A stretch of 64,000 nt of DNA from NCBI GenBank assembly GCA_000146045.2, contig BK006948.2, positions 416,001 to 480,000 on the forward strand. The letters are read 5' to 3'. Within the stretch, counting starts at the first letter, position 1; each line of letters begins with the position of its first letter. The notes under the pieces are model-generated. The model saw only the letters and a program-made list of their open reading frames with translations. It did not search any database and had not been told where the DNA came from. This DNA is from TPA_inf: Saccharomyces (Eukaryota). The position numbers were made by a program, and so were the translations under genes. Below are positions 45,540-55,620 of this stretch, one piece after another.

Positions 45540-46990
45540 GTCTGACTCAACTAAAAAGCTAGCTGCATGCAACCACGCTACATTGGCACACTATATCCTG
45601 ACGCCCGCGCTATACTCTGACGCCTGCGCTATATATTCTGACGTCTACTCCATAACTATTATAGTAGTGGCCACTGTTGTTCGTAACCCGGCGCGGTGTT
45701 CGCTCCGAGCACGAAAATTCTGTCGTTTATTCTCTTCCTTCTTCCAGTTCCATTACTTAAAGGAGCTGTTTTATTTCATTCGAAAGCCCGATGACAAATT
45801 CTCCTCTTTCATATAAATTAATAAGGCGGTCAGCAGGAAACTCCTATTGCCAACCGTCTTGCGAACCGACCGGTCGCTGCGCGCGATCATGCGTCCACGC
45901 GCTTCTGTGGCGACGGACGACTACAGCAAGACATTACTCTGGTCATTTACGCCTGGCGCCCAGAATGTACAAGCGCAGACGGCCAGATCATATGATGAAA
46001 CGGAATAGTCCCAGCTATACCGGTGATCACAAGACGTAGTTACATAGATGCCTTGGCGCCGACACGATATTTCTTGTCGTTCTGTGCCAGTAATTCCTTT
46101 TCTTCTCGACTATGCCTCTAAGACGTCAGTCTTGGAAGCATAGTCTTCGTAAAAAAATTTTTTTTTTGAGGTTTTTGCTTCCATTTCTTTAGACTGAACT
46201 AATTTATTTTTTTTATTATTATTCAGTAATTTTTATATATTTATTTATGGACTTATTGAGGTGCTTTGGGGGTGATGACGTCCCCAGTGAGGCCCCCAGG
46301 GTAGTGGACCGCACCTAACTTCCCATTCATGATGTGATTACGCATTTTAATCTTGTCTATATGTTCTACAATGATGGCGTCAGTGCCAATGCCGTTCGCA
46401 TCTATGAGGGAGATGAACTCGCTCTCGGCCGTTGGGTTTGAGGCGGTGCCGTAGTGTCCGCCTTCATTCCGGCTTCGCGGTGTCTACGAGGCATTCATTT
46501 TATGTCGCGGCAACTACTTGATATTTTCCACCAGGCACAAGGAGAAACATGGAGAAATTATATATAGAGAACTATGAGTCCTGAGGCGGCCGTTCAGTAG
46601 CTCAGATTGCCAGGGTTAAAAATTGCTCCTTGGCATCCTATGTGCTGCATACTAAAAAATTTTTAGCCACGTAGTTGTATACTTTTGTTTCCGGGGATGA
46701 GAAATTAGCCCCAGGTCCCAGACTTACAACAAGGTAGATAGGGGGGCGCACCTTGTCGTCATGAGACCCATTTCGTAGAAACTTGAATTTGTTGTTGTTA
46801 CTTCTGTTTTCAAGTAGGAGTAACGAGGCCGCGTACAATTTGCCAGTGGATTTGTCGCCTGCAGCAGCGGCCGCGACGCGACGGGTTGATCCAATTTTGT
46901 GCTTGCTTCTTCAACTGAATATTTTGAGTCCACTGCATGTGGAAAACAGAGTTTTCAGTCAGTCTTGTATGTATATTATTCTCTTTAGCT
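45540..46990. other. GC-rich island lacking long ORFs, with short tandem repeats and palindromes; function unknown. It overlaps only short 'dubious' ORFs.
   Basis: I counted 111 G+C in the 200 nt at 45841-46040, i.e. 55.5%. Tandem CTGACGCC(C/T)GCGCTATA repeats lie at 45598-45650. GGGGGTGATGACGTCCCC is at 46264-46281 and GCGGCCGC at 46869-46876. The only ORFs are 60-104 aa, Arg/Cys-rich, and probably spurious. Confidence 0.6.
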
Positions 46991-47538
46991 CCAGAATTTC
47001 TGCTGTGCTTAGTAACTTCTTGCCGTTGAGCTGATTTTAGTAGTATAATTTTTTTGCAACTCTACTGATATCAAGAGCAGTGATATGTGCTTTAATGTTG
47101 GCATTTCTTTCAAGCCAATCACCTTCTACCATTGGTCACGGTCTCAGTATATTTGTCGTAAATATTAGTACTCTAGTCTGGTCAGAGAAGTGGCCTTTCT
47201 CCCACCAAAACGTTGTTGTTCTGTCTTTTTTCTTATTATTTACTATTTATTGGATTTATCAAAAATTCCTCAGGAACAAGATTTAATATTCTTGAAAATC
47301 CTGTATGTCATAAATCATGAGCTTGGAAATTGACACGAAATATCGGATGGCACTACTTGATGATCGTTTTTATCACTACCGCTGTACTTTAATTTCATAA
47401 TTTATTTGGTGACATTTCTCTTGAAGATCTGGCAAGATGTACACGGGGAGCTCCTTCAACTGTTAAAAATATTTTTAAAAGTAAAGACGTCACCATACTT
47501 TTTCACCATAAGAACAATTACTGGTCCAGATTAAGAAC

Positions 47539-47885
47539 GGTTGGAGTAAGAGCCAATTATCATTCATTGACTGGTATTTCCTTTTGAACTATATTATCAT
47601 ATAATAGGTAAGAAGATGGCAAAAAGGAAGGAGAAACAGTGGTCTGATGTGATAGGGAAGTAAATGTCAACAAATACCTAACAGTACTATCTGATCGAAC
47701 AAAGAAATTCCACCAAACTGTCAGTAAATTTATTTAATGAGCAGCAAGGACATAGTGCACAACTAGCACTCTACTTCGATTGGGTTATTGAGGAAGAGGA
47801 TAGTATGCCCGGAATTTTCAAGCATTTACATGATTATGGTTTCATTGGGGTGCAAGAAGACCCAGCATGATTAGATTGCTATGTA
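47539..47885 (+). mobile_element. Diverged solo Ty1/Ty2-type delta LTR, possibly 3'-truncated
   Basis: cGGTTGGAGTAAGAGCCAATTATCATTCATTGACTGGTATTTCC...ACTATATTATCATATAATAGGTAAGAAGATGGCAAAAAGGAAGGAGAAACAG aligns by eye at about 70% identity to the delta 5' end (TGTTGGAATAGAAATCAACTATCATCTACTAACTAGTATTTACG...AGTATATTATCATATACGGTGTTAGAAGATGACGCAAATGATGAGAAATAG). It lies about 560 bp upstream of tRNA-Pro, a typical Ty1 target zone. Confidence 0.45.
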
Positions 47886-48449
47886 CTCATTATATAATAT
47901 ATCTCCGATGAATATATTTCCGAAAGTTTACTGAAGGCGACCTTGGATAAACCATAGTTTTACGGCAAATACACCATATCACTATTTTCTTTCTATATAG
48001 CTTTGCTAAGGCTTTTTTTAGTGACCGAGACAAAGAAGAAAATTTTCCATAAATGAAAGACCATTGTTTATTCCGAATCAAGTTTTCCGAAGAATTGTTG
48101 TATTACACAGTCCAGAGACAGCAGAATCTTTCAGAAATTTTAATACTGTTGTGACAGCATCTTGTCTATTATTTATTGGATACGCAAAACTCATTTTTTT
48201 AAAATTTTTTTTATAATTTCCTTTAAATAAAAAGGTTAAAGCTGGGAAAAATGCATCTAAATAATAAACTAATGATTTAGTTTCCCTCATTTAAAATATC
48301 TAAGAAGGACAGAACTTTGTTTGGGGTACTTACCCTTGAGTATTTTTAGCGATTATTCTTGGAGTTCTCAGCCAGAAGATTAAAAGAATATATGTTACTG
48401 AATGCAGTGTGATACTCAAGACTAAGTAGTCTTAACAACAAGTTAACAA

Positions 48450-48551
48450 GGGCGTGTGGTCTAGTGGTATGATTCTCGCTTTGGGCGACTTCCTGACTAA
48501 CAGGAAGACAAAGCATGCGAGAGGCCCTGGGTTCAATTCCCAGCTCGCCCC
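48450..48551 (+). tRNA. tP(UGG): tRNA-Pro(UGG) with a 30-nt intron (48486-48515)
   Basis: GGGCGTGTGGTCTAGTGGTATGATTCTCGCTTTGGG [cgacttcctgactaacaggaagacaaagca] TGCGAGAGGCCCTGGGTTCAATTCCCAGCTCGCCCC. Anticodon TGG. GGTTCAATTCC T-arm. The intron lies 3' of anticodon position 37. Confidence 0.92.
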
Positions 48552-48770
48552 TTTTATTTTTGATTATTTATTTCCTATTGGTCGGGTAACAGATTTTTTT
48601 TATTTTTTTCAAGGCCCTTTTGTTTTGTAAACAAAGAAATTTCACAAAGTGAGCGTCTACTAATATTGATAATGCCATTTCCACATTACAACTACTGCTA
48701 GGCGCAGGGTTATATTACTTACACACGCATATATATGTTTAATTGGGTATAGAGGGGTTATTGTTTGACC

Positions 48771-50543
48771 ATGCCGAAGAGAAAAATTGCTCCTAACAAG
48801 GAAAGCAGCAGGCGTACGGTCTCCCACGATGATTTAACCCCACAAATACAAGAATTTCAAAACCTAATGGATCTCGAATCGCAAAAAGTGGAAAACATCA
48901 GACAGTCGTATTCGAGGCAAAACTCCCTGCTGGCCAAGGATAACTCCATATTAAAAATTAAAGTTAATAGCTTGGAAAAAAAAATAAGCCAGCTGGTACA
49001 AGAAAACGTGACTCTACGATCTAAAACCTCTATAAGCGAAGCTATCTACAGGGAACGGTTAAGTAATCAACTACAAGTCATTGAAAACGGTATTATTCAA
49101 AGATTTGACGAAATTTTTTATATGTTTGAGAACGTACGTAAAAACGAAAATTTGCCCAGTTCGAGCTTAAGAACAATGTTGAAGAGAACGAGTTCCAGGT
49201 CAAGATCATGCTCATTGTCATCACCCACATACTCAAAAAGTTACACTAGGTTATCAAATCACGAGAATAACCTGTCGCATGAATCAAGTTTTAACAAGGA
49301 CGATGGTCCAGATCTTGAGCCTAAGGCTAAAAAAAGGAAGAGTTCTAGGCGGCAATCTATGTTTGTATCCACGAGTTTAGAACCTGAAGACGAAACCGGT
49401 GAAAACGAACCCATGATGGAAAATTCCTCTGTAGAGGTACCGGCAGAATCACACGAGTCTGCGCAAGTGGAGGAAACAATAGATGCCTTAAACCCTGAAG
49501 AGGAAAATAGCGATTCTGTCAGTAATTTTACCAATTCAATTATAGAATACTCCATACCAGAGGAGAATCCGACAGAACCCGAGCATTCATCTTCTAAACT
49601 AGAAATATTCAATGACAGTACAAATATGCTAAGTACAGTGCCGTCAAATCCTTTGCCGTTGCCTTTACCAGGCCCATCCGCAACTTTACCTACTACCACT
49701 AGCGATGCTTCAACGGTCTATCCTTCATCAAGTTCTTCTACTAATTCTCATCCAAAGACCAAAATTAAGCATTCCATGAAGCCGCCTAGGATAGAACTGA
49801 AGAAAAAGGTTATTGACGAAGTCATGCCCGTAAGTAACATGAGCAGCAACAGCGAAATATCATTTACGAGAACTAGAAGAACTCGTGGTAAAGCTGTAGA
49901 TTACACTTTGCCTTCTTTAAGAGCCAAAATGAGGAGGCCTTCAGAAAAACTTGTGGATGCTACTACTGTGATTGATATACATGATCTACAGGTTTCCAAG
50001 AGAAATCGGGAAACTTCACATAAAAGGAAAAGTTTATCCCAAGATTCAATACCCGACGAACCGCAATTGAGAGAAGTCGTCGTCTCAAAGGATTATGGAA
50101 CTCCAAAAGGGAAAAAAACGGAAGATGAAATACACGAGGATACCGCTCATCTAATGACCACTTCCAACAACAACAGCAACAACAAAAACGAAAAAAAACT
50201 AACTAGCAACAATAGCCCTAAAAAATCGTCGCCTTTACTTGACATTACAAATAAATCGGAGAATAAGAAAAAGTCAACAAGAACTAAAAAATTGTTCAAA
50301 AATGCAATTGTCAATAATTTATCTGATGAAAATTCTACTACGCGACCCTCCAAGTCGTCAAAGGGAACCAGTAATAATAACAACAATTACAACAATTTCG
50401 ACAATAACAATTCAAACATTAATAATGTTAATAATAAATCTGTTAGCTTTAGACTAAATGAAGATGATTTAGCAGTATTTGATTTATTTGGAAATGGTAA
50501 GGCAGTGAAACATCAACCAAAAACATATCGCACCAAAAAATGA
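48771..50543 (+). CDS. SGO1: Sgo1; shugoshin, protector of centromeric cohesion and tension sensor
   Basis: 590 aa from MPKRKIAPNKESSRR.... It has an N-terminal coiled coil, a basic and Asn-rich C-terminus, and the conserved C-terminal basic 'SGO' region. Confidence 0.88.
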   Translation: MPKRKIAPNKESSRRTVSHDDLTPQIQEFQNLMDLESQKVENIRQSYSRQNSLLAKDNSILKIKVNSLEKKISQLVQENVTLRSKTSISEAIYRERLSNQLQVIENGIIQRFDEIFYMFENVRKNENLPSSSLRTMLKRTSSRSRSCSLSSPTYSKSYTRLSNHENNLSHESSFNKDDGPDLEPKAKKRKSSRRQSMFVSTSLEPEDETGENEPMMENSSVEVPAESHESAQVEETIDALNPEEENSDSVSNFTNSIIEYSIPEENPTEPEHSSSKLEIFNDSTNMLSTVPSNPLPLPLPGPSATLPTTTSDASTVYPSSSSSTNSHPKTKIKHSMKPPRIELKKKVIDEVMPVSNMSSNSEISFTRTRRTRGKAVDYTLPSLRAKMRRPSEKLVDATTVIDIHDLQVSKRNRETSHKRKSLSQDSIPDEPQLREVVVSKDYGTPKGKKTEDEIHEDTAHLMTTSNNNSNNKNEKKLTSNNSPKKSSPLLDITNKSENKKKSTRTKKLFKNAIVNNLSDENSTTRPSKSSKGTSNNNNNYNNFDNNNSNINNVNNKSVSFRLNEDDLAVFDLFGNGKAVKHQPKTYRTKK

Positions 50544-50674
50544 TATATAGTCTTTTTGCCCTGGTGTTCCTTAATAATTTCTATATTTTTGCATAATAAA
50601 CCATTGTATTATATACATTCGATTTTGTGTGTATATACGTAAGTACATGATTTTGTTTCTCCTCGTGCTGTCAA

Positions 50675-51589
50675 TTATACACTCATTTTCATTTGAATTC
50701 TTGGATGAGGATTATAATCTTCAATTTCAAAGTCTGTCAACTTGAAATCATCAATGTCTTTAACGTCCCTTTTAATCTTTAGTTTCGGGAATGGTCTTGG
50801 ATTTCTGGTGATTTGTTCTTTCAAGGCATCAATGTGGTCTTTATAAACATGTGCATCCCCCAAAGTATGAATGAACTCACCTGGCTCCATGTCGACAACT
50901 TTAGCAATCATTCTAGTCAACAAAGCATATGATGCAATGTTAAATGGTACTCCCAACCCCATATCACAAGAACGTTGGTACAATAAGCATGAAAGGCGGG
51001 GCTTACCGGATCCTTCTCCTTCTTTGGGGAAACTGACATAGAACTGTGAAAAAATATGGCATGGCGGCAAAGCCATTTTGTCAAAATCAGCTGGGTTCCA
51101 GGCACTCATAATGATTCTTCTATCGTAGGGATTTGTCTTTAGTTTATGTATAACCTGTTTCAATTGATCAATACCTTGTCCAGTATAGTCGTCATCGCAC
51201 GTCTTGTATTTAGCACCAAAATGCCTCCATTGAAATCCGTAAACGGGCCCCAGATCTCCTACTTTCCTATCTTTGAACCCCATCTTATCTAAATATTCAC
51301 GAGATCCATTACCGTCCCAAATCTTAACACCTTGCTCAGACAATAGGTTAGCGTCTGTATCACCGGCCAAAAACCACAATAGTTCAAGTATGATACCTCT
51401 AGTAAAAACCTTCTTGGTCGTTAGTAGTGGGAAGGTATCATCACGTAAACTAAAACGCAGCTGGGGTGGTGCAAAAAGACTCAACGTACCAGTGCCTGTT
51501 CTATCTGGCCTAAATTCACCTTCATCAATGATTCTTTTGCATAGATCAAGATATTGCTCTTCTTCTTTGTTTTTTCCGTCCATAGTCAT
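50675..51589 (-). CDS. CDC21: Thymidylate synthase
   Basis: 304 aa. The active-site region is [13 protein letters not shown], and the sequence is highly conserved. Confidence 0.95.
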
Positions 51590-51704
51590 CCTGTACCGTT
51601 CTGTTATGAAGCTCTCTCCTTGATACTTTATTGTTTGATATACACAGTCACTTACAAGTTTAGAAAATACAATTACAGCTATGCTATAGTAAATATTTCA
51701 GGAA

Positions 51705-51747
51705 ACGCGTCAATTAAGGTCTTTTTCATTTTTTCTATTTAACGCGT
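51705..51747. promoter_or_regulatory. Two MCB elements (ACGCGT) in the CDC21 promoter; MBF (Mbp1-Swi6) sites
   Basis: ggaaACGCGTcaatt at 51705-51710 and tttaACGCGTcacc at 51742-51747 lie about 115-160 bp 5' of the CDC21 ATG. This is the classic paired MluI boxes of the CDC21 promoter. Confidence 0.75.
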
Positions 51748-52211
51748 CACCAAATATTAAGTTTGAGAAAGAAGGTCAAAAAAGCAACACCTCTTCCAAC
51801 CTGTTCAATGCGGTCCTACGTTGAGGACACAAAGCTAATCTCTTTGAGGTAGCTGCAGTATAATGACGGGACCTTTGCATATTTTATTGGCCTTTTCCAA
51901 TGAAACTAATTTTTTAATTGAATCTCAATCCCGTCCTTTACAGACGAGAGGGGAAAGAAGCTTGTTCGCATGATCCATCCTGGAATATGGATACATGTCA
52001 TGTAATGATAAATCATTCCTACCTTTGCTGGTATCTTTCTGAAAAGGGCACATTTAATTAAGAACTGCCAACAAGGAAAGATCTCCGTTACCCTACCCAA
52101 CTTGTGAGCTCAGATGAATGAGAATAACTAGAATACATACACATACGTCTAGTATCATTTCCCCCGGTGCTGGGAAATCACCCGTAAAAGCAGTGAAGAG
52201 CTTATTAACTC

Positions 52212-53252
52212 ATGATGTCTGATTTAACACCAATATTCCGTAAGTATGTTGCTGTTATCGATGATGCTAGAAATGAGCAAAATGGTATAGATGATCATGT
52301 TGAAAGGAAACAAGAGGACTTCGGGAATTCTAATGAAACGTGTGAAATGTTTAGGGATTCGTTTATTAAGGAATGTGCAAGACTATTGAAGTTCCTAGTC
52401 GAATTAAACAAGGTAATAAAACAGATTGAAAAAAACTATTTAGATGACTTTAATATGAGTGATGCGGAAAAGGACGAGTTTGACATGGAATGCAGGCTGC
52501 AAATTCAACAATATTTCAAAAAGTTTGAATTCCTAGAGAATTACGAAATGGAAAGGCATAATTTGTCGCTGAAAAGATTTCAGTCAAAGTCTCACAGATG
52601 GTCAAAAATACTTTCCAATAAAAACGACAACACTAAGCATGTGATACATCCGCAAGACATTGAAAATGGAGTTTATGAATTTAGATTAGGTGTCCTACGG
52701 TGTTTGAATTTGTGGATAAAATATGTTTCATCCAAATTCACTACCATACAACAGGAAAGATTGATATTAGAAAATAAAATGAATTTCAATTCAACGCCTA
52801 TGCCTACTTTATCCAACAATGCGGATGATTTCTCTGCAGATGCAATAGACATCTCAGTGTCACAATCTGCTCCCGTAGAAACTGTACAAGACGAAGTAAA
52901 ACATTATGAAGAGACGATATCCAAATTAACCCAGGAGCAACTACAAGTGTTGGAGACAGAACATTCGGAACTGCTAAATCAAAAAAATGAGCAATTGAAA
53001 AAAGTGGAGACTATAAACAAAACAATTTTAGACATTGTCAATATACAGAACGAATTGTCCAATCATTTAACGGTGCAATCTCAAAATATAAACCTAATGC
53101 TGAACAATCAAGATGACATTGAATTGAATATTAAGAAGGGAAATAAAGAATTACGTAAAGCGAAACGAGCTGCTGGAAGAACTGCTAAAATGACCACTTA
53201 TGGTGCCATTATCATGGGTGTTTTTATATTGTTCCTAGATTATGTAGGTTAA
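52212..53252 (+). CDS. UFE1: Ufe1; ER syntaxin-like t-SNARE
   Basis: 346 aa. A C-terminal SNARE coiled coil is followed by a TM anchor (TTYGAIIMGVFILFLDYVG). Confidence 0.88.
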   Translation: MMSDLTPIFRKYVAVIDDARNEQNGIDDHVERKQEDFGNSNETCEMFRDSFIKECARLLKFLVELNKVIKQIEKNYLDDFNMSDAEKDEFDMECRLQIQQYFKKFEFLENYEMERHNLSLKRFQSKSHRWSKILSNKNDNTKHVIHPQDIENGVYEFRLGVLRCLNLWIKYVSSKFTTIQQERLILENKMNFNSTPMPTLSNNADDFSADAIDISVSQSAPVETVQDEVKHYEETISKLTQEQLQVLETEHSELLNQKNEQLKKVETINKTILDIVNIQNELSNHLTVQSQNINLMLNNQDDIELNIKKGNKELRKAKRAAGRTAKMTTYGAIIMGVFILFLDYVG

Positions 53253-53376
53253 TATCACTTTCATAAGATATGTGTAAAATGGGTTAAAAAAATCAATCTA
53301 TCATCAACTTATTACTATTCATTTTATATATTAAACAATAAGTATGAATGCCTAGTATAATTTCTTAGTTGTAGGA

Positions 53377-55620
53377 TTACTGGCATGCAATTCTGCCAAC
53401 TGCGATAACCTTATGATCTATTGATGTTAAAACAATATTGTTGGTAATGTATTTGGAATCAATCACATTAAGAGCAAAGTCTGGTTCTATAATTTCGACT
53501 TCGACAATAAGTGACTGATTTGGATTAATTGAGATGTCGTTAGTCCCGAGAATCTTCACCAATTTTACCGCGTTGTGCGTCAAATTATGGTAAAGAAGCA
53601 ATTCAGAACCCAAGTCAACGGGATCACTTAGCGCGTGCGTTTGTATTGATAATTTTATTAAACGCAAGGCTAACAACTTTAGTGTGTTTGGTAAATTCGG
53701 TGATAGTGTATTCGTCTTTCTAGAGTGAATTATTATATCACCCTTACGAATGTGAAATTGCTTTTTCGTGAAGTCTTCGGTATTATGAATCTTAACAAGA
53801 ACCTCTAAAATGTCAGGGTTCAAACCGACTGATATATTATTTTTTGTGTTAGTCTCCAGTATTTGTTTTGAATTCTTCATTCTTGAAACTATACCATAGT
53901 AATGAAAATCTTCATATTGTGTATGAATTTCAATTGTCTGGCCTGATTGAATATATCCGCTGTTGATCAAGACTTTGAGTGACACGTAATTTATCTCCGC
54001 TATCGGTTGAAGAACAGAAGATTGCAGTATTGTGCCTACAAATGGCTCTTCCAAAGTTGTTTCTATTTTGTTCATATTATGCTCTACCAATAGATATAGT
54101 TGCGAAAAAAATGTCGGACCTTCATACCATTCGGGAACATAATTTATAGAGTCAAATTCTGACTTATACTTAGATTTTGTGATGTTTTCAGTTTTATTCA
54201 AATTCGAACCTAATAAACCCGAACACGGGATAAATTGGAATTCTGCGTCTGTCCACTGAAAGTTTTCCTTCAACACATAATTTAGCTCAGACTGAATCAT
54301 TTCTAGTCGGTGCTTATCCCAACTAATTAGATCTGCCTTATTCAAAAGAATTATCAAGTGCTTTTTGCATGCGGAATTCTTGTTCAAATAAGAGATCACT
54401 TTTAAAATTTCATAAATCTGATTATTTGGACCATCTAATGATTTTTCCCACGAGTCATAATTGCAATCAATAACCAATACATAAACTTCAGGATCAAAGG
54501 TCAAAATTGAGTTCAGAGTTTCTTTATTGAAGTATTTGATACTACCAGGAGTGTCTATAAGCGTCAAGGTTGATGATGGCGGTAGTAAATCATTTTCTAC
54601 CTGAATAACTTTCTTAAACATGGAAAATCCATTTTCTCTTTCTGTTTTGGTATTGTCTAGAATGACCTTAAAACTATTTGAAGATGAAGGATCCAAATTA
54701 CTGCTTTTTTTTTGTAGTTCCCTCATTGATGACATAGAAATTTCGTTTAGATCATATAAAAGATGACCAAGCAAAGTGGATTTGCCTGCGTTTGTATCAC
54801 CGAGGAACAAACATGTCAAATTCAGAGGATGGGTGGCAATGAATGAATGAATATCAATCGACTCAGTAGGTGGTGTTTGAAGGTTAATTGGTTCCTTTTT
54901 TTCGGCCTTGGGCACAGATTTGATATTTAAGTTTTCTAATTTTTCATTGAAAGCATTAAGTTGGGCCGATTGTATTATATCATCAGGACTTGGTCTATTG
55001 AAATTCTCAATGGCTACTTTACGAGTTGTTTTCGGCAGGTTACAAGGCACAAAAATACCAAGGAGCTCATTGTTATGCTTTTTTAAGGACAGAAATGATG
55101 AATTCTGCGACGATAGCGGTATTGATGTACTCAACGAGTTTTTTTTATCTTTTATGATAAAGTTTGTGAACGCAAAATCGTCGGTTTGATTTATGCATGG
55201 ATCGTTTTTCAAGAAACAGTAATGGTTCATTTCTTTAATAGCCTTCCATGACTCTTCTAAGTTGAGTTTATCATCAGGCGATTTCCTTTTGGTAGGGAGT
55301 TCGTTTTCTTTGCTGTCTAATGTCACTGATTTTCCTTGTTTCTCCAAATCACTATTTGACTTCTTTAAGGCAGACAACTTTAAACTCAATGAAACACTAT
55401 GCTGGTTCGGGGTAAAGTCGCTTCTTTTTACCTTGTCTTTTGCAAGTAGCGTCTTCAGATCCTTCCTTTTTGTCTCAGCATTGTTATCTTTAGTTTCTCT
55501 ATTCTTATGTAGTCTTTCTAGTAAGGATGCACTTTTCGATGTACTATGAGACTGGTCCGCACTTAAAAGGCCTTTAGATTTTTCTATTCTTTTTCTTGCT
55601 AATTGCTCTAATAACGACAT
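53377..55620 (-). CDS. SKI7: Ski7; GTPase-like adaptor linking the Ski complex to the cytoplasmic exosome (eRF3/Hbs1 family)
   Basis: 747 aa. The C-terminal translational-GTPase-like domain carries a degenerate G1 motif LFLGDTNAGKSTLLGHLL. Confidence 0.9.
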   Translation of the reverse strand: MSLLEQLARKRIEKSKGLLSADQSHSTSKSASLLERLHKNRETKDNNAETKRKDLKTLLAKDKVKRSDFTPNQHSVSLSLKLSALKKSNSDLEKQGKSVTLDSKENELPTKRKSPDDKLNLEESWKAIKEMNHYCFLKNDPCINQTDDFAFTNFIIKDKKNSLSTSIPLSSQNSSFLSLKKHNNELLGIFVPCNLPKTTRKVAIENFNRPSPDDIIQSAQLNAFNEKLENLNIKSVPKAEKKEPINLQTPPTESIDIHSFIATHPLNLTCLFLGDTNAGKSTLLGHLLYDLNEISMSSMRELQKKSSNLDPSSSNSFKVILDNTKTERENGFSMFKKVIQVENDLLPPSSTLTLIDTPGSIKYFNKETLNSILTFDPEVYVLVIDCNYDSWEKSLDGPNNQIYEILKVISYLNKNSACKKHLIILLNKADLISWDKHRLEMIQSELNYVLKENFQWTDAEFQFIPCSGLLGSNLNKTENITKSKYKSEFDSINYVPEWYEGPTFFSQLYLLVEHNMNKIETTLEEPFVGTILQSSVLQPIAEINYVSLKVLINSGYIQSGQTIEIHTQYEDFHYYGIVSRMKNSKQILETNTKNNISVGLNPDILEVLVKIHNTEDFTKKQFHIRKGDIIIHSRKTNTLSPNLPNTLKLLALRLIKLSIQTHALSDPVDLGSELLLYHNLTHNAVKLVKILGTNDISINPNQSLIVEVEIIEPDFALNVIDSKYITNNIVLTSIDHKVIAVGRIACQ

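Noticed and set aside
46150-46260. AT-rich stretch with near-matches to the ARS consensus (e.g. TTTTATATATT, ATTTATTTATG), flanking the GC-rich island.
   Set aside because: Only 9-10 of 11 matches to WTTTAYRTTTW. Such near-matches are ubiquitous in yeast intergenic DNA, and origin activity cannot be inferred without ARS-assay or ORC-ChIP data.
46262-46590. Considered a C/D-box or U3-like snoRNA, because of GUGAUGA at 46271-46277, internal AUGAUG motifs and a CUGA near 46582.
   Set aside because: The spacing of about 310 nt is wrong for a C/D snoRNA. There is no terminal stem pairing the C and D boxes. No resemblance to yeast U3 (snR17) was seen. The motifs are short and expected by chance.
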